Assembly (NCBI GenBank): GCA_964016885.1
Contig: OZ024742.1
Coordinates: 317,440,001-317,504,000 of the forward strand
Reading direction: 5' to 3'
Length of the DNA: 64,000 bases
Origin: Eledone cirrhosa
Taxonomy: Eukaryota
A model generated the notes under the pieces. The model was not told the origin of the DNA and made no database searches. It saw nothing but the letters and a program-made list of their open reading frames with translations. The translations under genes and the position numbers were made by a program. Positions 59,286-64,000 of the stretch are shown here, piece by piece (the stretch's first letter is position 1; each line of letters begins with the position of its first letter).

Positions 59286-59552
59286 TATAATAGTGGTATA
59301 ACCTCCAGTATATATAAATATCAACAATGTCATGTGTGTGGATATATTATTTCTTGGCGACAGCGGGAAAGCCTGAGACGATATGGTAACAGTCTCTTTC
59401 CCATCTCCATATATTCTGCAGTTATTTAATATCTTCTACCTCATTGTATAATTTCATTGGTTGATCTTGAGGCTGTAATTAAGAATCCTGTGATCTAATT
59501 CAGATAGCTGAGTAAACGCTCCTCCTCACTGACTGGTTAGTAAAATAACTCT

Positions 59553-59747
59553 CAGACCTGCCAACCTTTAAAACCCCAAACGGGGTGTACCATGAAAATA
59601 GGTGCCCCAAAACGGAGAGAAATGAGGCAAAATGGGGATATTTTACATAATGAAAGCTTTACTCATTTTCACAAGGGAAAACATCTCTCACCCACTGTGG
59701 GTTGCGTGAGAGATCTCCCCGTCTGACGGAGAGAGTTGACATGTCTG
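59553..59747. mobile_element. MITE family M copy
   Basis: CAGACCTGCCAAC..GTTGACATGTCTG; TSD not clear. Confidence 0.8.
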
Positions 59748-60863
59748 AATCCGTGCAATGAAGTGACTTATAGAAAACAATCTAAATTTTGGACGAAGCC
59801 TGACCAGTTAGAATTATTATTAGGATAGTACTAAATTGTTGCAGTTCTCTACAAAGATTTAGAACTCTCCTAATTAGTAGACAATCTTTCATATTTCTTT
59901 TTTATTGGTTTGCATTTATTCCCTTGTTGCATAGATAATAGAAAGTGTCTATATATTTTTGATTGAATTACGTATATTATTTTGTGTATGTTTTAGCATT
60001 ATCGGCTTACCGTATTTTAAATCAGTGTATATTATTCCAATAATTAAAACTTATCTGCATACAATATATGTTCTACCTTCCTCTATTAATGAACTTACTG
60101 ATAAGGACATATAAAGGGGAACATATTAGCATACTGGGATAAGTATCTGGGTGGATGTGTGGGGTTGGGTTGCATGTATGTTTCTGTATGTGTTTGTGTG
60201 TTTGTGTACCTGTCTGTGGGGTTGCATGAGTGATTCTGTTTGTGTGTGTGCGTTTGTGTGCCTGTCTGTATGTGTGTTTATGTGTGTGTCTAATTGTGTG
60301 TATGTGTTTGTGTGTGTGTGTGTGTGTGTATGTGTGTATTTGTCAGTAAATGTGTGCATATGTTTGTGTGTGTCTCTGTGTATTTATCTGTAAATGTATT
60401 TGTAAATGTATTGGTGTGTGTATGTGGGTATTTATCTGTAAATGAGTGTGTGTGTTTGAGTGTATCTGTGTGTATTTGTCTGTAAATGAAACGTCAGTCT
60501 GTGTATATGTGTGTGTGCGAACGTGCGTATATGTGTATGTCTGTATGTGTGTGTGACACAAACTCATGAAACATTAAGACACTATAAACTCTATAGACAA
60601 TAAGAACGTGCCAGTAATTGGCACTAAATAACTGTTAGGAAGGTGGTGGCTTTTAGACGCGGGTATGAGAACAGTTGTTGAGACACGTTTCAAAAAATTA
60701 ATTAGTTGCATAAGATTTAAGTTTTTCCTGCAAGGTACCAATCATAAATATATTGATTATATATATATATATACACCCGTATGTATGAATGTATTATGTT
60801 TACGCATATGCGAGCATGTACGTATGATGTAAATATACGTATCCATATATGTATATATATATA

Positions 60864-61479
60864 TTTCGTTTCTGAATTTGTTTAGCAAGATTCTTTATCT
60901 GAAGACGTGTGTTGAAACCGATATTGTTATACTTTGGGAAGGTCATGTTGCCAATAAGAAACACACGCACCAGTGCTTTCACTCCAATGTATTATAAATT
61001 AAATTTATAAATCTAAGAATTTATAAATTTCCGGTTGGTTGGTTGGTTCCACAACAGACGGTTGTTCATATATTGTCAAAGTTCTTACGTCACACATTCT
61101 GTGACCTCTTCAGTGACTGGGGATTCTTTTCTTTGTTTTGTGCCTCACCTTTGTTCTGTCCTACGCGATCTTGTTTTTGTGTGTGCTGTGTGCTTAGTTT
61201 GCGCATGTGTTACATCCGGGTGTCTGTGTGGTTTTATTTGTTTATTTATTTGTTTATTTACATGTTACTAGTTAGTTTTTTGTTCTATGTGTGTATGTGT
61301 TTTCATTTTGTCCTTAATTGTAAGTTGTGATGTTGCTATTCCATTCATGTTTTCTATGTAATTTTGGTTGGAGTTCATTTATGTTTATTCTTAAATTTAT
61401 AAATTTAATTTATAATAAATTGGAGTGAAAGCAATTGGTGCGTGTGTTTTTTATTGGCAACATGACCCTCCCAAAGCAT

Positions 61480-61485
<6 letters not shown>
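60864..61485 (-). mobile_element. Penelope pLTR (family of 20315-21197) with a short inverted tail copy
   Basis: 60864-61390 is the reverse complement of about 20670-21197. 61392-61485 is an inverted repeat of 60925-61010. Hammerhead at 61075-61117. Confidence 0.85.
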
Positions 61486-61520
<35 letters not shown>

Positions 61521-61762
61521 AAAATGTTTGACCCCGACAGCAGAGCTCAAGCCGTTTCGACGGCTATTTATATATATATATATATAACGAATGAAGTGTG
61601 GTAAGGAACCAGGGGGACCATAACGCACCAGAGTACTCAATACTTTAAGTATTAGAGTGGCTAATAGGAAAATGTTCAAGACCCTGACGGGAGGGCTCTT
61701 CGTGTCCAGAAATAGCCGTCGAAACAGCTTGAGCTCTGCCGCCGGGGTCTTGAACATTTTCC

Positions 61763-61797
<35 letters not shown>

Positions 61798-61861
61798 ATG
61801 TGTGTGTGTGTCTGTAATATATAACCTTAAATACATCCATGTATATATATATATATATATA

Positions 61862-61935
<74 letters not shown>

Positions 61936-61937
61936 CA

Positions 61938-64000
61938 ATGATGTTCCAGAACAATGTAAACGAGATAATTGCCAATTTGGGTTCTGGAACAAAAAGGATC
62001 ATTGGCAATAAGGGCAGGGGCCCCAAGTTATCACAACCTGGGCCCGCCCGTCATCGTGCCATTGTAATAGAGCCAAACAAGGCATTTAGTCTTGGCTGCT
62101 GGAACGTACGGACGCTGCTTGACAGGGATTCTTTGGAGCGTCCTGAACGAAGGACCGCTCCTGTTGCAAAGGAGCTTCGACGTTACGATCTTGACATCGT
62201 GGCTTTATCTGAGACGAGGTTAGCTGGAGATGGTCATCTTACGGAATTTTGTGGAGAATATACATTCTTCTGGAAAGGAAGAGATGAAGGAACCAGAAGA
62301 GAGGCTGGGGTAGGATTTGCTGTTAAGACTGTACTGGTGAATAAATTAGAAGAATTCCCAGTAGGGATTAGTGAGCGTCTTATGTCCATGAGAGTTCCGC
62401 TGGACAAGGGAAGATATGCTACCCTGGTGAGTGTGTATGCTCCAACTATGAATTCTGTCGATGAAGAAAAACTGTCCTTTTACCATGCCTTGAAAGGTGT
62501 TCTAAGAAATATCCCTCAGGCAGACAAAGTCATCGTGCTTGGTGACTTTAATGCTAGAGTGGGTAGGGATTTTAACACATGGAATGTAATCGGAAGGCAT
62601 GGGGTGGGAAAGTGTAACAGCAATGGTATGCTCTTGCTGCAGATGTGTGAGGAGCTGGATCTGTGTGTTACCAACACCATGTTCCAACAAAAGAACAAAT
62701 TCAAGACCACATGGATGCATCCTGCATCTAAGGAATGGCATCTTTTGGACTACGTCCTAGTCAGGATGCGTGACAGACAGGATGTGCAGTGTGTTCGTGT
62801 TCTTCGTGGAGCTGAGTGCTGGACGGACCACCGCCTGGTACGCGCAAAAGTGAATCTAATCACCAAACGTAAAATCCGGGCTCCTGGTGTTACCCTGCCC
62901 AAAAGATTGAATGCTGCTCGTCTTAGGGATAAAAATGTGAAGAGGACATTGGAAGAAGAGATGCAGGCTGCAGATCTTGGTGAGGATTGGCCGACCCTTA
63001 AAAAGTCGGTTTATGATGTAGGCAGACGTGTTCTGGGATTGGTGCAGAGAAAACATCAGGACTGGTTTAATGAGAATGATGTGCATATAGAAGACTTGTT
63101 GGCTGATAAGAGGCGTGCTCTGTCACGCTACTTGACGGCAAAACCACAGGAGAGGAATACGTTGCATGAGGAGCTCAGGGATGTAAAATCACGTGTTAGG
63201 CGGAGTCTTTCTCAGATGAAGGATCAGTGGTGGAGTGAGAAGGCTGGTGAGATACAAACTGCGTCTGATTGCAATAACACAAAGCTGTTGTACAGTCTCT
63301 TGCGTGAGGTTTATGGACCGTCTTATTCTCTGGTGACACCGATTCGCAGCAAGGATGGCAAAGAACTTCTTCGTGACTCACAGGGAATTCTACGAAGGTG
63401 GCGAGAACACTTTGATGATCTTTTGAATCAGCCGTCTGTCGTCAGTAAAGATTTCCTCAATCTCATTCCGGAAAGTCCTGTGAAAGTAGCTCTCGCAGAA
63501 CCTCCGACACTTGTGGAGGTTGCAGTGGCTATTTCGAAGCTGAACGGTGGAAGATCTCCAGGTATGGATGGCATACATGCTGAGCTCCTACAATATGGTG
63601 GTGAGAGACTCCTGCAACATCTTCACTCTCTGTTTGGAAGGATATGGGCTAATGAATCCGTGCCTGAGGACTGGAGAGATGCAGTAATGGTGGTTTTGTA
63701 CAAGGGAAAGGGTAACAGGAATGATTGTGGGGACTACAGAGGTATATCATTGCTTTCTGTCGTGGGGAAAGTTTTATGTAGGGTGCTTCTGGACCGTCTG
63801 CTGACACACATTGCAGATTGTGTCCTTCCTGAAAGTCAATCTGGTTTTCGTGCTGGACGCGGCACTACTGATATGATCTTCTCAGCTAGACAGCTCCAGG
63901 AGAAGTGCATTGAACAGGGCTTGGATCTGTATCAGGTTTTTGTCCATCTGACAAAGGCTTTCGATACTGTCAACAGAGATGCATTATGGAAGGTTCTCCA
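61938..64000 (+). CDS. RTE-clade LINE ORF (AP endonuclease plus start of reverse transcriptase), truncated by the window edge
   Basis: Stop-free from ATG 61938: [70 protein letters not shown]. Confidence 0.92.
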   Translation, partial: MMFQNNVNEIIANLGSGTKRIIGNKGRGPKLSQPGPARHRAIVIEPNKAFSLGCWNVRTLLDRDSLERPERRTAPVAKELRRYDLDIVALSETRLAGDGHLTEFCGEYTFFWKGRDEGTRREAGVGFAVKTVLVNKLEEFPVGISERLMSMRVPLDKGRYATLVSVYAPTMNSVDEEKLSFYHALKGVLRNIPQADKVIVLGDFNARVGRDFNTWNVIGRHGVGKCNSNGMLLLQMCEELDLCVTNTMFQQKNKFKTTWMHPASKEWHLLDYVLVRMRDRQDVQCVRVLRGAECWTDHRLVRAKVNLITKRKIRAPGVTLPKRLNAARLRDKNVKRTLEEEMQAADLGEDWPTLKKSVYDVGRRVLGLVQRKHQDWFNENDVHIEDLLADKRRALSRYLTAKPQERNTLHEELRDVKSRVRRSLSQMKDQWWSEKAGEIQTASDCNNTKLLYSLLREVYGPSYSLVTPIRSKDGKELLRDSQGILRRWREHFDDLLNQPSVVSKDFLNLIPESPVKVALAEPPTLVEVAVAISKLNGGRSPGMDGIHAELLQYGGERLLQHLHSLFGRIWANESVPEDWRDAVMVVLYKGKGNRNDCGDYRGISLLSVVGKVLCRVLLDRLLTHIADCVLPESQSGFRAGRGTTDMIFSARQLQEKCIEQGLDLYQVFVHLTKAFDTVNRDALWKVL

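Noticed and set aside
60897-60932. CUGAAGA-CGUGUGUU-GAAA-CCGA-UA motif
   Set aside because: There is no convincing stem I or II, the sister copy reads CUGAAAA, and it is antisense to the family's hammerhead.
61680-61749. Apparent full hammerhead starting CUGACGG at 61684
   Set aside because: GACCCTGACGGGAGGGCTC is better explained as a mutated inverted copy of the downstream GAGCTCTGCCGYCGGGGTC. The true 5' core is absent.

Overview
This is AT-rich eukaryotic repeat-dominated DNA. The SINE and microsatellite landscape looks like an Octopus-type cephalopod genome (inference). I can support no host protein-coding exon, and nearly all long ORFs in the track are (TA)n, (TAC)n or (CT)n artefacts. 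Recognisable content: (1) a near-complete but decayed Ty3/Gypsy element (28127-32158, minus strand, 171-bp LTRs) whose primer-binding site is complementary to its own LTR, a self-priming candidate; (2) three Penelope-like (GIY-YIG) fragments and many short, often fold-back, pLTR-like islands inside (TA)n tracts, together carrying about 14 complete and several partial minimal type-I hammerhead ribozyme motifs from about 10 sequence families, including core variants and a four-ribozyme cluster at 39.9-40.9 kb; (3) an RTE LINE whose stop-free ORF runs off the right edge and has a mutated RT catalytic Asp; (4) RTE, CR1-like, Tx1/L1-like and mariner remnants; (5) a non-autonomous Helitron; (6) a ~185-bp MITE family with 6-7-bp TSDs; (7) two tRNA-derived SINE families. 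All folds and alignments were done by eye. No database search was run.
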